A stretch of 64,000 bases of DNA from a virus. The stretch spans positions 63,008-127,007 of the IMG/VR virus record IMGVR_UViG_3300025087_000038. One strand, written 5' to 3'. Below are positions 17,241 to 28,557 of the stretch, one piece after another (the first letter of the stretch is position 1; each line of letters opens with the position of its first letter). Both the position numbers and the translations under genes were made by a program. The notes under the pieces were generated by a model. It ran no database searches. It worked only from the letters and a program-made list of their open reading frames with translations, and was not told the DNA's origin.

Positions 17241-17497
17241 ACAATCTTCCTAAAGATACTACAATGAACATTTATGCTGAACATGGGGATAAAGTACAGT
17301 TTAAGTACCCAAAAGGTGGGTATGATTCCGATATTACTATTGCGGAAAAATATTTAAAACCAAACGCTGTTTATACGGTAGATTTTACAACTGTTGGCGG
17401 ATTTCATACAAGTGTTTATTTACAGGAGTTTTCTAGGGTGCCGTTTAATAGTTGTTTATTTTGTGACGTTAAAAAGAAAGGCAAAATAAGTTGTTAA
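17237..17497 (+). CDS. hypothetical phage protein
   Basis: coupled to recA stop. Confidence 0.55.
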   Translation: MNNLPKDTTMNIYAEHGDKVQFKYPKGGYDSDITIAEKYLKPNAVYTVDFTTVGGFHTSVYLQEFSRVPFNSCLFCDVKKKGKISC

Positions 17498-17802
17498 AAG
17501 AATCATATTTAGCTAACATTAAAAAGCTACCTATTGAGGCAGTTAAAATTGTAGTTATAGGGGGACGATCTGTATTAGGGCCTTCTTGGGGATTAGTATC
17601 AGATTATAAATCTGGAAAAATAGATTGGAATGGGTATACAGAAAGATTTAATAAAGAAATGGATAATGAGAAGTGTCGGGTAGAAATGAAAAGGATAAGA
17701 GAGTTGTCCAAGGACAGAGATGTATTTTTAATTTGTTACGAAGGGGAATATCCTTGTCATAGGTTTTTACTTTTAGATAAGATAAATAACTTAGGAGATT
17801 AA
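17491..17802 (+). CDS. DUF488-like protein
   Basis: LGPS..L...K...W..Y..RF, LICYE...CHR. Confidence 0.6.
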   Translation: MLKESYLANIKKLPIEAVKIVVIGGRSVLGPSWGLVSDYKSGKIDWNGYTERFNKEMDNEKCRVEMKRIRELSKDRDVFLICYEGEYPCHRFLLLDKINNLGD

Positions 17803-17803
17803 A

Positions 17804-18253
17804 ATGAACAATCCTATAACTGTTGTAGCAACTTCAGGGTACTTTGATCCTATACATTCAGGGCACATAGAATTATTTAAAAAAGCAAAAGAACTAGGTG
17901 ATAGGTTGATAGTTATTCTTAATACTGATAAACAATCAAAACTGAAAAAGGGTTTTGTGTTTATGCCACAAGCAGAAAGGAAAAAAATTATAGAATCAAT
18001 TCGCTGGGTAGATGAGGTAGTATACTCAATAGACAAAGATACTACGCAATGTAAAACATTGGCGAAACTTAAACCAAATATCTTTGCAAAAGGTGGTGAC
18101 CGCTTTGCTGGTGAAATTCCAGAAACACTGGTGTGTAAAAAATTGGGTATAAAAATAGTAGATGGTTTGGGTGGGAAGGTTCAATCGTCCTCAGATTTAT
18201 TGTGGGACTTTTATAAGAACTACCATTTCAAGTTACCAGGAGTTATAATATGA
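17804..18253 (+). CDS. cytidylyltransferase-family (HIGH) nucleotidyltransferase
   Basis: SGYFDPIHSGH, ER..II, FAKGGDR, SSS. Confidence 0.85.
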   Translation: MNNPITVVATSGYFDPIHSGHIELFKKAKELGDRLIVILNTDKQSKLKKGFVFMPQAERKKIIESIRWVDEVVYSIDKDTTQCKTLAKLKPNIFAKGGDRFAGEIPETLVCKKLGIKIVDGLGGKVQSSSDLLWDFYKNYHFKLPGVII

Positions 18254-18464
18254 AACCGGATAAAGAACTAAGTTACAGTAGAACCTTACACTTATGTAGT
18301 AATGGCCATGACGAGGTTTGTTTTCACGGTGGTGATTGCCCTGTGTGTCACGAGAAAGATCGTAGCAAGGACGAATTACGCGGAATAGGATTCTTAGAAA
18401 GTAGAGTCAGTACGTTAGAATTGGAAATAAAAGAGATTAGGAGTGGCAAAAAAGAGATGCCAAA

Positions 18465-18827
18465 ATGGAAAATAGTGGAATCCCAAAATACCTTGAAATA
18501 AAGATAAAGAAACTGTCTAGGAGTCAAGAACGAAGACTAAAAGTTCAGTTAGACAAAGCAGGAATGCACGCAAGAGTTCAAGCCGGAAGTGGTAATTTAT
18601 GGGGCGCAAAAGGGGATGTAAGAACAAAAGATGAATTATGGGAATGTAAAGTAACACGGGGGAAACAAATGGTAGTAAAAGAAGAATGGTTGAAGAAGAT
18701 ATTTGAAGAAGCAGTAAAAGAAGGTAGAACGCCAAAGATTTGTTTAGAGTTTAAGGGATTTAAACTAATAGGAAATGTAGAAAAGCAATTGAGGGGACGA
18801 CTTTCACAGATGGCGATGGTAGAATGA
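18465..18827 (+). CDS. PD-(D/E)xK nuclease, Holliday-junction-resolvase-like
   Basis: SRSQE...GSG...KGDV...ECK.T. Confidence 0.65.
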   Translation: MENSGIPKYLEIKIKKLSRSQERRLKVQLDKAGMHARVQAGSGNLWGAKGDVRTKDELWECKVTRGKQMVVKEEWLKKIFEEAVKEGRTPKICLEFKGFKLIGNVEKQLRGRLSQMAMVE

Positions 18828-20019
18828 AATTTAAGAACTATTTTTTAATAATTTGGAGTTACCTAAATGCCTATATACTAGTTACAAGATGGATGTATTG
18901 GTGTTTATGGATATCAGCGTGCACAGTTATTTGGAGAGGGCTAAAATGAAAATAACCGGTTCTAAATGGGGCCCTACTGCAAATATATTATTTATAAAGT
19001 GTAACTGTGGCAATACTATTACCCATCCTGTCAACAAATGGGTAGTAAAATGCCCAAAATGTACTAGGATTGGTAATTTACAAGATTTGAGAGAGGAATA
19101 TGCGAAAGGAGCAGAAGATGAAAACGGTATTTGATAGTAGTGATTTAGGTGAAATGCAAGAAATGGTTAAGGAGTTTATACCGTTTAAAGAGAGTGAAGT
19201 AAGGTATATGCATTTTCCACGACCAGAGAAAGAGGTAAACTTTTTCTCTAAGAAGAGTTGGCTTGCTGAAAAGTTAGGGTGGGATGATAAGCGATATAGA
19301 ATGTTAACTATAGCTCTTGACCACAGTGGCAGGATAGGCATCTCTTTGTGTAGTAAAAAGGACAGGTATAATCGTAGGTTGGGGAATACAATAGCTGGGA
19401 ATAGGTTAAGGGATTTTGATAAGATATTGGAAAGGGAAAAGGGTAGAAATGAAAGTAATAAAGTATAAAGTAGAGGTGTTTGAAGGTACTATGGATTGGG
19501 TTCATGGTATGGGGCAATGGATAGACGAAATATTTATACCAGAAAAGAAGTTGTGTTTTAATGCTATAAAAGGGCTGAATATATTTGGGGCCGAAATATC
19601 AAGAGCTACAAGGGACAAACAAGAAATAGAAATACCTGATGAGATAGCGAGAAGCTTAGGTATGCTTTTAAAGGTTACGGAAGAAATAAACAAAGAAAAA
19701 GAAACTCTGTTACAGGAAATAAAGAAAAAGAAAATATTGGAGGATAACAAATGACTAGAATTATTCCTTTTAACAAAGAATGTAGAGAAAGGTTTGCTTG
19801 TGATATAAACAGTTGGGCAAGATTTAATTCCCGACATCCAGAATCATATGGTAGCATAAGACAAGATGAGATGAGGTTGATACTTTCCTTGTTGGGGGTT
19901 GCGTTTAATCGGGAACTTTATGGTAGTAGGGAAGGATTCCGCAAGTTTTGTAATTTAATGGGATTTGACTATAAGGTTTTAACTTCTTACCAGAAGAGTT
20001 ACAAAAAGGGGGGGAAAGC

Positions 20020-21108
20020 GTGAAATTTATACACACAAGCGATTTTCATTTAAGTAAGAACCTACGGTTACAGGATTACGTAAAATCGTTAACCCAAATT
20101 CGGGATTTTGCTATAACAAATAAAGTAGAATTTGTCATTGTATCAGGGGACATTTATGATAAACACACTCCTGATAACGAAGCACGAGTAGTATTTAAAC
20201 AATGGTTGTATGATTTAATGAAGGCAAACATTTTCATTTTTATTTTACTTGGCACACATGATGAGGCAAACGTAGCCCATGCTTTACAGGACATAAACAT
20301 TTACGGGTTTAAAAACATAGTGCTGATGGACAAAGTAGACATCTATAACGTTGATTGGAATGGGTGTAAGTTATCATTTTTAGCAGTTCCACATGTATCA
20401 AAAGGTAAAGTAAGTAATCCACAACAATACATTATAGAAAAAATACAAGAACTAAAAGGAAAACTGACTGAAGATAGGTTTAATATTTTTACAGGACATT
20501 TTACTACTACCGGTGCTTTAAACTCTTCTGGGTATAGTTTAGATAAGTTTGATGAGGTAGTGGTACCCAAAGAGTTGTTGATTGACACTATTTTTAACTA
20601 TGTAGCTTTGGGACATATCCATAAAGAACAAACATTATGTATGGAACCCCCGGTGATTTACGCTGGTGGGATAGAGAGAAAAGACTTTGGGGAACGGGAT
20701 AACCATCCGCAGTTTGTTTACTATTTTCAGAATTTCGATGGTAGTTATGACATACAATATCATCCCTTACAGGTTAGACCCATGCGGCAATGGAATATCA
20801 ATGAAGGGGATAGTTTACCAATTTGTGAACCAGGAGAAATAGTAAAACTGATAATAAAGGTAAAAAAGGAACGGGTGAAGAATATTTGTATACCGGAAAT
20901 AGTTTCACAAATGAAGATGAGGGGTGCTTATAGTGCAGATGTAGAATTAGATATAGAAAAAACATTAGAAACTGAATCAGAAATAAAACTAAAAGACAAC
21001 TGGTCTTGGGGCGACTTGTTACGGCAATGGTTAGAAAAAGAGTATAAAGGAAATATAAGCGTGGAAGAAATAACCAAAGAATTGGTAACAATAACTGAGG
21101 AGAAATGA
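20020..21108 (+). CDS. sbcD: SbcD/Mre11-like metallophosphoesterase nuclease
   Basis: SDFH, GDIYD, GTHD, GH, ALGHIH. Confidence 0.88.
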   Translation: MKFIHTSDFHLSKNLRLQDYVKSLTQIRDFAITNKVEFVIVSGDIYDKHTPDNEARVVFKQWLYDLMKANIFIFILLGTHDEANVAHALQDINIYGFKNIVLMDKVDIYNVDWNGCKLSFLAVPHVSKGKVSNPQQYIIEKIQELKGKLTEDRFNIFTGHFTTTGALNSSGYSLDKFDEVVVPKELLIDTIFNYVALGHIHKEQTLCMEPPVIYAGGIERKDFGERDNHPQFVYYFQNFDGSYDIQYHPLQVRPMRQWNINEGDSLPICEPGEIVKLIIKVKKERVKNICIPEIVSQMKMRGAYSADVELDIEKTLETESEIKLKDNWSWGDLLRQWLEKEYKGNISVEEITKELVTITEEK

Positions 21109-21323
21109 AAATAATCTTATATAATGGACTAAAGTATTCTATAGGTTTGCCAATATTGGTAGGTGTTACTTTAGCGGGCCTTTTAGGTCTATTTATTATT
21201 ATAGTGGGAACATATCTCGGAATGCTTATAGGTATAGTTGCCCGCGAAGATTATATATGCTGTGAGGATTTGAAGGACTTTTTGGAACCTTTCTTGGAAA
21301 TTTGGGCGCCAATAACGGAGGAG
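21089..21323 (+). repeat. direct repeat CAATAAC(T/G)GAGGAG (21089-21102, 21310-21323) flanking the 21105-21329 membrane ORF
   Basis: 13/14 identity; the two genes end ITEEK* and ITEEV*. Confidence 0.6.
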
Positions 21324-21329
21324 GTATAA
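21105..21329 (+). CDS. small membrane protein
   Basis: long hydrophobic stretch. Confidence 0.5.
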   Translation: MKIILYNGLKYSIGLPILVGVTLAGLLGLFIIIVGTYLGMLIGIVAREDYICCEDLKDFLEPFLEIWAPITEEV

Positions 21330-21574
21330 TATGTTCTGGAAAAAGAAAAAAGTTGTTGATCCAATAGAAAAATTAGAGGTAATTAGTAAGATTGGTCCTT
21401 TAAAAATATATGGAATGACATTTAAGTACGACGATCTATCCTGGTGTGAACTTATGGGAAAATCCGAAGATGGACAGTGGTGGGAACTTGCTACTATAGG
21501 ATATATAGGGAAGAACAAAGTAGAATTTCATAGAATGAATATAAAAATAGAAAAGTTATTAGAGGAAAAGTTAA

Positions 21575-23629
21575 ATGGATCTACATAAACTAGAATTAGA
21601 AGGGATAGGAAGCTACATAGAGAAGACAGAACTAGACTTTAACAAGCTAAAACTCGCCCTTATAAAGGGCGGCAATGGTAGCGGTAAGTCTTGGTTATTG
21701 GATGCTATTGCTTGGGCATTATACGATGAAACAATAAGAGGGTATAAGAAGGATGAGGCAATAAATAACATAGTAAAAGAAGGTAGAGTAAATCTGTTTT
21801 TATCGGATGAGAAGAACAGAACGATTCTAATAGACAGGAGAAGAAAAACAGATAAAGGCGATGCAACAGTTTCAATAGATGGAATAACCAAATACGGAAC
21901 CCTCCCAGAAATGCAAAAAATAATAATTGATTTAATTGGCATGAATTTTACTTTATTTCGGAACAGTTGTATGTTTGGCCAGAACGATTTGATAGAATTC
22001 GCTTCTACAACTGATAAAGGGAGAAAAGATATTATAGGGTATTTAGTTGGATTTGATGAATTGGATATATGGTTAGAGAAAGTAAGAAAAGTAAAAGGGA
22101 TAACCGAGAAAACTTTGGAAGCACTAACAACAGCAATTTCAATAAACATGCAACAAATTTCAAAGGTAGTAGTAGAAGATATAGAACAATTAGAAAGAGA
22201 CATAACTGAATTAAAGATAAGATTGGGTATTTTAGAAGAAAGAAAGAATAAGATACAGGCAAACACAATTTTATTGGATAAAAAGTTAGGGCTGGAGTCT
22301 AAACGGGAAGGCATTATAAAACAAATAGATGTTTTAAAAGAAGAAATAAAAAACAACGAACAAGCGCTAACGCAAAAGGAAGCGACTTTTACTTTATTGG
22401 CAAGTATAAATGGGGAGTTAGGTAAGTGCGAAGAGGAACTATCTAAACAACCCGGTCTGAAAACAGAAGAGGAAAATTGCCGTAAGATACTATCTGAGAT
22501 TTCTAATAGAAAATCAGTAGCAGAATCATTATTGCGGCAGTATAGAGATGAATTAGATGAAATCACAAATTTAAATTCTGGGGTTTGTTCTAAGTGCAGA
22601 CAGTCTGTTACCACTGATTGGCTAGAATCCCAGAAGTCGATTGTAGCCAAAAATGCAATCGGGCAAGATAAAGAAGTAAAGATATTTTTAGATGGATATA
22701 AAGAAGAAGGCATAAAGTTGCAAGAAATATTAGCAAAAGAAAAGGCGCTTGATAAAATTAGAGAGAATAAAGAAGAACTATTAAGGAAACAAGGTCAACT
22801 ATTAGCCAAAGTAACTTTAATTGAGAAAATAGAAAAGGATTTAGAAATACAAGGAACTAAACTATCTTTGTTGAATGAGGGTTCTGTTGCTGTAGATAAA
22901 GAATTAAAAGAGATAGTGGTAGAAGATATAGACAGAAACGAAATATTTACTGTTTCAAAAGAACTAATAGAGAAGCAGTCAGCAAAAGATTCTTTGCAGG
23001 AAAGAAAAACGATAGCGCAGCAACAGATAAATTTGAAAAAACAATTAGAAGATTCGCTATCTAAAAATGAAGGGGAACGAAAAGTAACTCTCTGGAAACT
23101 GGAAATAAATAAGGTGCTGGAAGAGGCATTAGGTCAAAGTGGGATACGAAATATTCTGATTGAAAGTTTGATACCGATAATGGAGCAGAAGGCAAACGAA
23201 TATTTAACCCTACTTTTAGATGGCGTAACGGTAAGTTTTGATACGAAAGTAGAAGGCAAAACTGTTATCAAAGATGAGTTTGCAATTTTAATAACTGATA
23301 GCCGGGGTAGAGAACCAGTAACAAGATCGTTTAAAGGGTGGTCAGGGGGCGAGAAATTGTTGATAGCCCTTGTTCTTAGGTTGGTGCTTTGGAATATAGG
23401 TTACATGAAAAGTAAGACCAGAATGAACTTTATTTTAATGGACGAGATTTTGGGTTGTCTGGAACAAAAGAATAGAGAAAAAGTAATAGAATTACTGGTA
23501 AAACTGAACAGCGAATTAAATGTTAAAATTTTGCTGATTGAGCATTTAGAAGAATTAGAAGAACGGTTTCCGCAAGTTATATCAGTAACCAATAACGGAG
23601 GTAGTAAGATAGAATGGATAAAAGAGTAG
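21575..23629 (+). CDS. sbcC: SbcC/Rad50-like SMC ATPase
   Basis: Walker A GGNGSGKS, Q-loop, coiled coil with CSKC zinc hook, SGGE, LMDE, IEH. Confidence 0.9.
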   Translation: MDLHKLELEGIGSYIEKTELDFNKLKLALIKGGNGSGKSWLLDAIAWALYDETIRGYKKDEAINNIVKEGRVNLFLSDEKNRTILIDRRRKTDKGDATVSIDGITKYGTLPEMQKIIIDLIGMNFTLFRNSCMFGQNDLIEFASTTDKGRKDIIGYLVGFDELDIWLEKVRKVKGITEKTLEALTTAISINMQQISKVVVEDIEQLERDITELKIRLGILEERKNKIQANTILLDKKLGLESKREGIIKQIDVLKEEIKNNEQALTQKEATFTLLASINGELGKCEEELSKQPGLKTEEENCRKILSEISNRKSVAESLLRQYRDELDEITNLNSGVCSKCRQSVTTDWLESQKSIVAKNAIGQDKEVKIFLDGYKEEGIKLQEILAKEKALDKIRENKEELLRKQGQLLAKVTLIEKIEKDLEIQGTKLSLLNEGSVAVDKELKEIVVEDIDRNEIFTVSKELIEKQSAKDSLQERKTIAQQQINLKKQLEDSLSKNEGERKVTLWKLEINKVLEEALGQSGIRNILIESLIPIMEQKANEYLTLLLDGVTVSFDTKVEGKTVIKDEFAILITDSRGREPVTRSFKGWSGGEKLLIALVLRLVLWNIGYMKSKTRMNFILMDEILGCLEQKNREKVIELLVKLNSELNVKILLIEHLEELEERFPQVISVTNNGGSKIEWIKE

Positions 23630-24148
23630 ATAACTATTCTTTCATTATGGATCAAATGATACATAATGTTAAAGTATATTTTAAAGACCTGGAAGTATTT
23701 GTTTCAAAAGGACGTTTGAAATCAGATAGAATACCAGATTTTGTTGTACGTATACCTATTCGATTTAAGGCAAATATAGAAGAGAGATGGGACCCTAAAT
23801 CTTGGAATATCAAGGCTGCTTTAGGATATAAATGTCAGTTATGCACTGAATTTTTTAAGATGTCCTTTACTTGTTCTCCATGTCCTTTTTCTAAATTTGA
23901 ACATACTGGCGTTGGAGGTTATGGATGCCAAATGTGGATAAAATGTATGGTGAGTCCTTATAGAAAAGATAGCAGACACGCTTTTACAACATGGTTTAAA
24001 TGTCACCTTACAGAACCAACGTTGTGGTTTGATAAACAGTGGGCTAAGATAGTATGGGCAAATAGAAATAAGCAACGAGCGCAGGAGCAACTTCATAAGC
24101 TATTAAGGGCAGGAAGGAGGTATATAGAATGGATAAAAGAATAGAGAA
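23609..24148 (+). repeat. 25-bp direct repeat (23609-23633, 24124-24148) flanking ORF 23614-24144
   Basis: ATAGAATGGATAAAAGA(G/A)TAGA(T/G)AA, 23/25; both upstream ORFs end IEWIKE*, both downstream ORFs start MDKR. Confidence 0.85.
23614..24144 (+). CDS. Cys-rich hypothetical protein
   Basis: CQLC...CSPCPF motif, similar to ORF 39458-39835. Confidence 0.55.
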   Translation: MDKRVDNYSFIMDQMIHNVKVYFKDLEVFVSKGRLKSDRIPDFVVRIPIRFKANIEERWDPKSWNIKAALGYKCQLCTEFFKMSFTCSPCPFSKFEHTGVGGYGCQMWIKCMVSPYRKDSRHAFTTWFKCHLTEPTLWFDKQWAKIVWANRNKQRAQEQLHKLLRAGRRYIEWIKE

Positions 24149-24597
24149 TAAGATAAAAAAGTATTTGGATGGCGTAAAAGGGTATCCCAATGTTGAGAAG
24201 GTTATGACGGGATGGTTTAAAGTTATGTTTGCTAGTAAAACAAAACACGCTCAACGTTCTAGACAAGAGATAATTGATAGACTAAATGAACTATATAGTG
24301 CGAATATCGCATTAGCAGATTGGGATAAACAGAGAAAGAAAATATGAAATCAATAATTCATGTTGAAAGAGATATAAATACCCTTGATGACTTCCAAGAA
24401 TTAACCACTGATTTACTTAAGTGTCTTACGAATGCCGGGAAAGAAATAAAGATAGATCCCAAAGTCTATGTATCCGCTATTCTTACGCATAGTCTTGCTG
24501 CTTTATATTGGTATGTAGATGGTGATGTTTTAAAATTTAGAGAGTATTTGAATATAGTAGAAGCTAGTTATTTAGAGGTATTCAAAAAAGTAGAAGA

Positions 24598-25857
24598 ATG
24601 AGTAAACCAAAAATAGCTTGGGTAAGTCACAGTCCTGCATTACTGCCAGTAGGGCAAAGTAAAGTAACTAGAGAGTTCTGTAAACGGTTATACAATGACT
24701 ATGATTTGACAGTAGTAGGATTAGACCACTGTGAGGTAGAAGGTATGACGTTCCCATATCCTATTATAGGGGTACCATCAGGTAGGGATGATTTGTTAGT
24801 TCAAGTATTGCAAAAACTCAATCCAGTAGCAATAGTTTTTTCGCATGATATTTGGCGATTTTTTTGTATTGCGTACCCAGAAGGGAACCAACAAGGATTA
24901 AAACAATTGTTACCTAATACTAAGTTTATAGGATACTTTACGATTGATGGGGATCCATTCCATGAGGCGTGGTTTCCAATTTTAAGGTGTTGCGAAGTAC
25001 TTGTAACGCCTAGTGATTACGGGAAAAAAGTAATCCAAGAAAACTACGCACAGGCACCAGTAGCTGTAGTACCCTTTGGTGTAGATATTACACTATTTAA
25101 ACCTGAAGACGACAAAGAACAATACAAAAAATCAATCGATGTTGATACAGAAAAACTTTATAAGGAAACAGGGGTATTCCCGATACTTTTAGGAGGCAAG
25201 TTTGTATGTTGTTTTATAGGAATGAACCAAAACAAAAAGAACATTGGTGCAATAGTAGACAACTTTGCGGAGTTCAGTAAAGATAAACCAGACGTGTTTT
25301 TGGTTATGGTGTTGCATTCGTCATCAAGACCGCAACGGTCATACGTGCAAAAACTGGACACCGATGTACAAAGAATAGTAAAACAAACAGGGCTACACGA
25401 TAAATGTTACATAATGGAGAAAAGTCTACCGGAAGAAAGTTTAGTGCGAATATACAAATTCTCGGATTGCTTACTTTATCCGTCGGTAGGTGAAGGATTT
25501 GGGCTACAACTTTTAGAATCGATGGCCTGTAAATGCATACCAATTGTTACAGATTATACATCATTACCAGAACTAGTGGGGGAAGGGCGGGGACTAAAAA
25601 TAAAAGTAGGTGCTTTTGTTAGGGGACCCTGGGATGTACGGAGAGCTGTAGTAGATGAAGAAGACATGATCTCTAAAATGGAATATTTGTACGCATTGTG
25701 GAAGTTTAACAAAGATTTATTAAAAGGATACCAAGAAAGAGGATATGAATGGGCAAAGACGATGACTTGGGATACCTCTTATGCTAAAATGAAACAGGTG
25801 ATAGATGCAAGTTTATTGAACATGGACTTTGTGGATACAGAATTGGAGGCGGTATGA
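24598..25857 (+). CDS. glycosyltransferase family 4 (GT-B)
   Basis: PFGVD..LF.P, N..KKN, PSVGEGFGLQLLESMAC. Confidence 0.88.
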   Translation: MSKPKIAWVSHSPALLPVGQSKVTREFCKRLYNDYDLTVVGLDHCEVEGMTFPYPIIGVPSGRDDLLVQVLQKLNPVAIVFSHDIWRFFCIAYPEGNQQGLKQLLPNTKFIGYFTIDGDPFHEAWFPILRCCEVLVTPSDYGKKVIQENYAQAPVAVVPFGVDITLFKPEDDKEQYKKSIDVDTEKLYKETGVFPILLGGKFVCCFIGMNQNKKNIGAIVDNFAEFSKDKPDVFLVMVLHSSSRPQRSYVQKLDTDVQRIVKQTGLHDKCYIMEKSLPEESLVRIYKFSDCLLYPSVGEGFGLQLLESMACKCIPIVTDYTSLPELVGEGRGLKIKVGAFVRGPWDVRRAVVDEEDMISKMEYLYALWKFNKDLLKGYQERGYEWAKTMTWDTSYAKMKQVIDASLLNMDFVDTELEAV

Positions 25858-26835
25858 AAATACTTAACAATATAAAAGTACCCACTGGTAATATTTTAAT
25901 TGTAGAGGGAGATAGGGGCAAACTTGAAATGTTGTCATTAGGAGATTATGGTAAAGACATTAACTTAAAAGCAGATTGTTTGGGATTGACTAGAGATTTA
26001 GTGCAGGTAAGGCATACAAGGATGTTGCCTCTAGAGGAAAAATGGGTTATAACTATTTCTACTCAATATGGGTGCTCTATGCAATGTACTTATTGTGATG
26101 TTCCTAAAGTTGGACCGGGAGTAAATGCTACGTTTAATGACCTAATAAAACAAGTGCTAACAGGAATTAAGTTACATCCGGAGGTTGACTTTACAAAAAG
26201 ACTGAACATACATTTTGCAAGAATGGGGGAACCCACCATTAATCCAAATGTGCTAGACGCTGTTAAATGGTTAAAGACTCATATAGATCCGGAGTTTCAT
26301 ATACACCCTGTGGTGTCAACTATGATGCCAAAAAGAAACATATGGTTGAAAACTTTTATTCATACTTGGATGAGAATAAAGAATAGACTGCTAAAAGGAG
26401 AAGCCGGTTTACAAATTAGTATAAACTCCACAGATGAGATAGAACGAGAACATATGTTCTCTGGTAATGCTTGTTCTTTAGAGGAAATAAAAAATATCAT
26501 GGACGGAGTTATCCCAAATGGCAGGAAGATTACATTGAATTTTGCTCTTGCCGATTATCAGATAGACCCAAGAGTGCTGAAAAAGTATTTTGATCCTGAT
26601 GACTATGTTGTTAAATTGACGCCGATGCACAAAACTATAACGGCTGAGGCGAACGGAATACGGACTGAAGGAGATTATACGGCCTACTACCCCTATAAAA
26701 AGCACGAGGAAAACTTAAAGAATGAGGGATACGATGTTTTGGTGTTTATAGCTTCGCATGAAGAAGATATGGGTAGAATTACCTGCGGTAATGCAATTTT
26801 GTCTGGATCTAAACCAGAATTGGAGGCTGTATGAA
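25838..26835 (+). repeat. 21-bp direct repeat CAGAATTGGAGGC(G/T)GTATGAA (25838-25858, 26815-26835) flanking the RlmN-like gene
   Basis: 20/21 identity; both upstream ORFs end ELEAV*. Confidence 0.85.
25854..26834 (+). CDS. RlmN/Cfr-like radical SAM protein
   Basis: ISTQYGCSMQCTYC, ARMGEP, QISINS, C-terminal ITCG. Confidence 0.7.
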   Translation: MKILNNIKVPTGNILIVEGDRGKLEMLSLGDYGKDINLKADCLGLTRDLVQVRHTRMLPLEEKWVITISTQYGCSMQCTYCDVPKVGPGVNATFNDLIKQVLTGIKLHPEVDFTKRLNIHFARMGEPTINPNVLDAVKWLKTHIDPEFHIHPVVSTMMPKRNIWLKTFIHTWMRIKNRLLKGEAGLQISINSTDEIEREHMFSGNACSLEEIKNIMDGVIPNGRKITLNFALADYQIDPRVLKKYFDPDDYVVKLTPMHKTITAEANGIRTEGDYTAYYPYKKHEENLKNEGYDVLVFIASHEEDMGRITCGNAILSGSKPELEAV

Positions 26836-27199
26836 CGAGAATACTGCTTGGGTTCTTATAATAGCAATATTGGTTTGCGGGATTGGTTCTTGTATGTGTA
26901 CAGATACTTACTTTAGGGAGAAAACTAAGCAAGAATATATTAAACAGGGATATGTGGAACGGCAAGTAGGAACGCTATGGACTGAACGTATGGAGTGGGT
27001 AAAGGCGGAAAAATGAAAACTATAGTGTTTACTGTGGAGTCTAAAGTGTCGGAAGATATAGTTAAGAAATTAAAATGACAAGGTGTTTTTACTAATCCAT
27101 TAAGATTTGATCCACCTTTGAAATAGAGTTTTCGGTTTTAAAAGATTCTTATAAGACATTTGTATTTAAACCGGTAAAAGTTCAGATAAAAGGATAAGA

Positions 27200-28333
27200 A
27201 TGAACGAACTATTTGTATATGGCCCGGTTTCAGGACCAACAGGATACGATAGTTGTGTACGAGGATTAACAAAAGCGTTATACAACTTAGGGGTGTCAAT
27301 AAAACTATTCCCGTTTGCAAACTGGAGTTTTTATTTGGTTAAACTTGATACCCAAACACATAATTTGTTACAGAATATGATAAACGGTAATCCGGTAAGG
27401 GGCGATGCCCCGTATTTGCATTTTTGTTTGCCAGAACAAGTAAAACATCAAGAAGGAAACTTGAACGTAAACTTTACGATGTTCGAAATAGACAGGATAC
27501 CTACCAATTGGGTAGAAGCTGGTAACAAAACGGATTTGGTAATAGTGCCCACACAGTTTTCGTATCAGGCCTGGGTAGAGAGCGGTGTAGACGAATGGCG
27601 AGTAAAAGTCGTTCCGTTAGGGGTAGATGGAAGTTTGTTTACCCAAGAAGTTGTGCCATTAGACTTAATTGACAAAACGGGGAAAAAATTGTTGAGAGAA
27701 AAGTATAAGAACATTATTATTTCGGTATTAGAAGTAACAAACAGGAAAAATTTAGAGGGACTACTTCGACTTTATTATTCAACAGTTAAACCCGGGGATA
27801 CCTGTTTGATTTTGAAGTGTTCTAGTTATTCACATCATAACAAAGTAGAAGACGTAATAGAAAGAGTAAAAATAGAAGTAGGATTACGAGAAGGGATAGC
27901 AGAGTTTCCGCCAGTATATGTCTACAAACAGATACTCCCGGTATACGTTATGGATAGACTGCTAGCGGTAGGGACACACTATTTGTCGATGAGTTATGCC
28001 GAGGGATGGGATTTACCTGCCCATGAAATGGCAGCATTAGGAAAAGTCATTATTGTGCCTAACCATTCTGGATATACGGAATGGACTACAGATTCAGAAG
28101 ACTGTTTTTTAATAGAGGCAGACCGAAAAGAACCGGCTACACAAGGCGGAGGATTGCAAAGATTATATGAGAAAGGTAATTGGTGTATACCTAACTTTGA
28201 AGATGGAAAAGAAAAGCTAAAACTGGCTTTAGAGAAAGGAAAAGGAAAACAAGGACTACACGAAAAGGTAAAAGGGTATACTTGGGAAAATAGTGCAAAA
28301 AAAGTAAGCAAAATCATAGAAAACGTAGTATAA
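27200..28333 (+). CDS. glycosyltransferase family 4 (GT-B)
   Basis: TMFE.D.IP..WV, VPLGVD, RKN, EGWDLPAHEMAALG, YTWENSA. Confidence 0.85.
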   Translation: MNELFVYGPVSGPTGYDSCVRGLTKALYNLGVSIKLFPFANWSFYLVKLDTQTHNLLQNMINGNPVRGDAPYLHFCLPEQVKHQEGNLNVNFTMFEIDRIPTNWVEAGNKTDLVIVPTQFSYQAWVESGVDEWRVKVVPLGVDGSLFTQEVVPLDLIDKTGKKLLREKYKNIIISVLEVTNRKNLEGLLRLYYSTVKPGDTCLILKCSSYSHHNKVEDVIERVKIEVGLREGIAEFPPVYVYKQILPVYVMDRLLAVGTHYLSMSYAEGWDLPAHEMAALGKVIIVPNHSGYTEWTTDSEDCFLIEADRKEPATQGGGLQRLYEKGNWCIPNFEDGKEKLKLALEKGKGKQGLHEKVKGYTWENSAKKVSKIIENVV

Positions 28334-28334
28334 T
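28325..28334 (+). promoter_or_regulatory. GTAGTATAAT promoter motif (variant copy at 28530-28539)
   Basis: recurrent motif. Confidence 0.6.
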
Positions 28335-28557
28335 AGTAGTAGAAAGGATAAAGGTTATGTTTGGATTAGATATATTAGGTAAGCATATGCAAGAAGAACA
28401 TAAGGATTCCAAATGGTTTGGGGATAGCTATACAACAGATTCGTCTGGTAGTATTTATTTACCAAAAATGTCAGATTTGTGGAAAGGTTTTGGTTGGGGG
28501 AGAAGATTTCTTAAAAGTAGAAGATAAAAATAGTATAATATAGAAAGGAGTAAGGAA

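Larger units (their letters stand above)
17233..17813 (+). repeat. 14-bp direct repeat TAAAATGAACAATC (17233-17246, 17800-17813) flanking two small genes
   Basis: exact match read from sequence; both downstream ORFs start MNN. Confidence 0.75.

Noticed and set aside
21613-22713. 366-aa minus-strand ORF and the other minus-strand ORFs in the track
   Set aside because: Antisense shadows of + strand genes, with Ser/Phe/Leu-rich composition and no motifs
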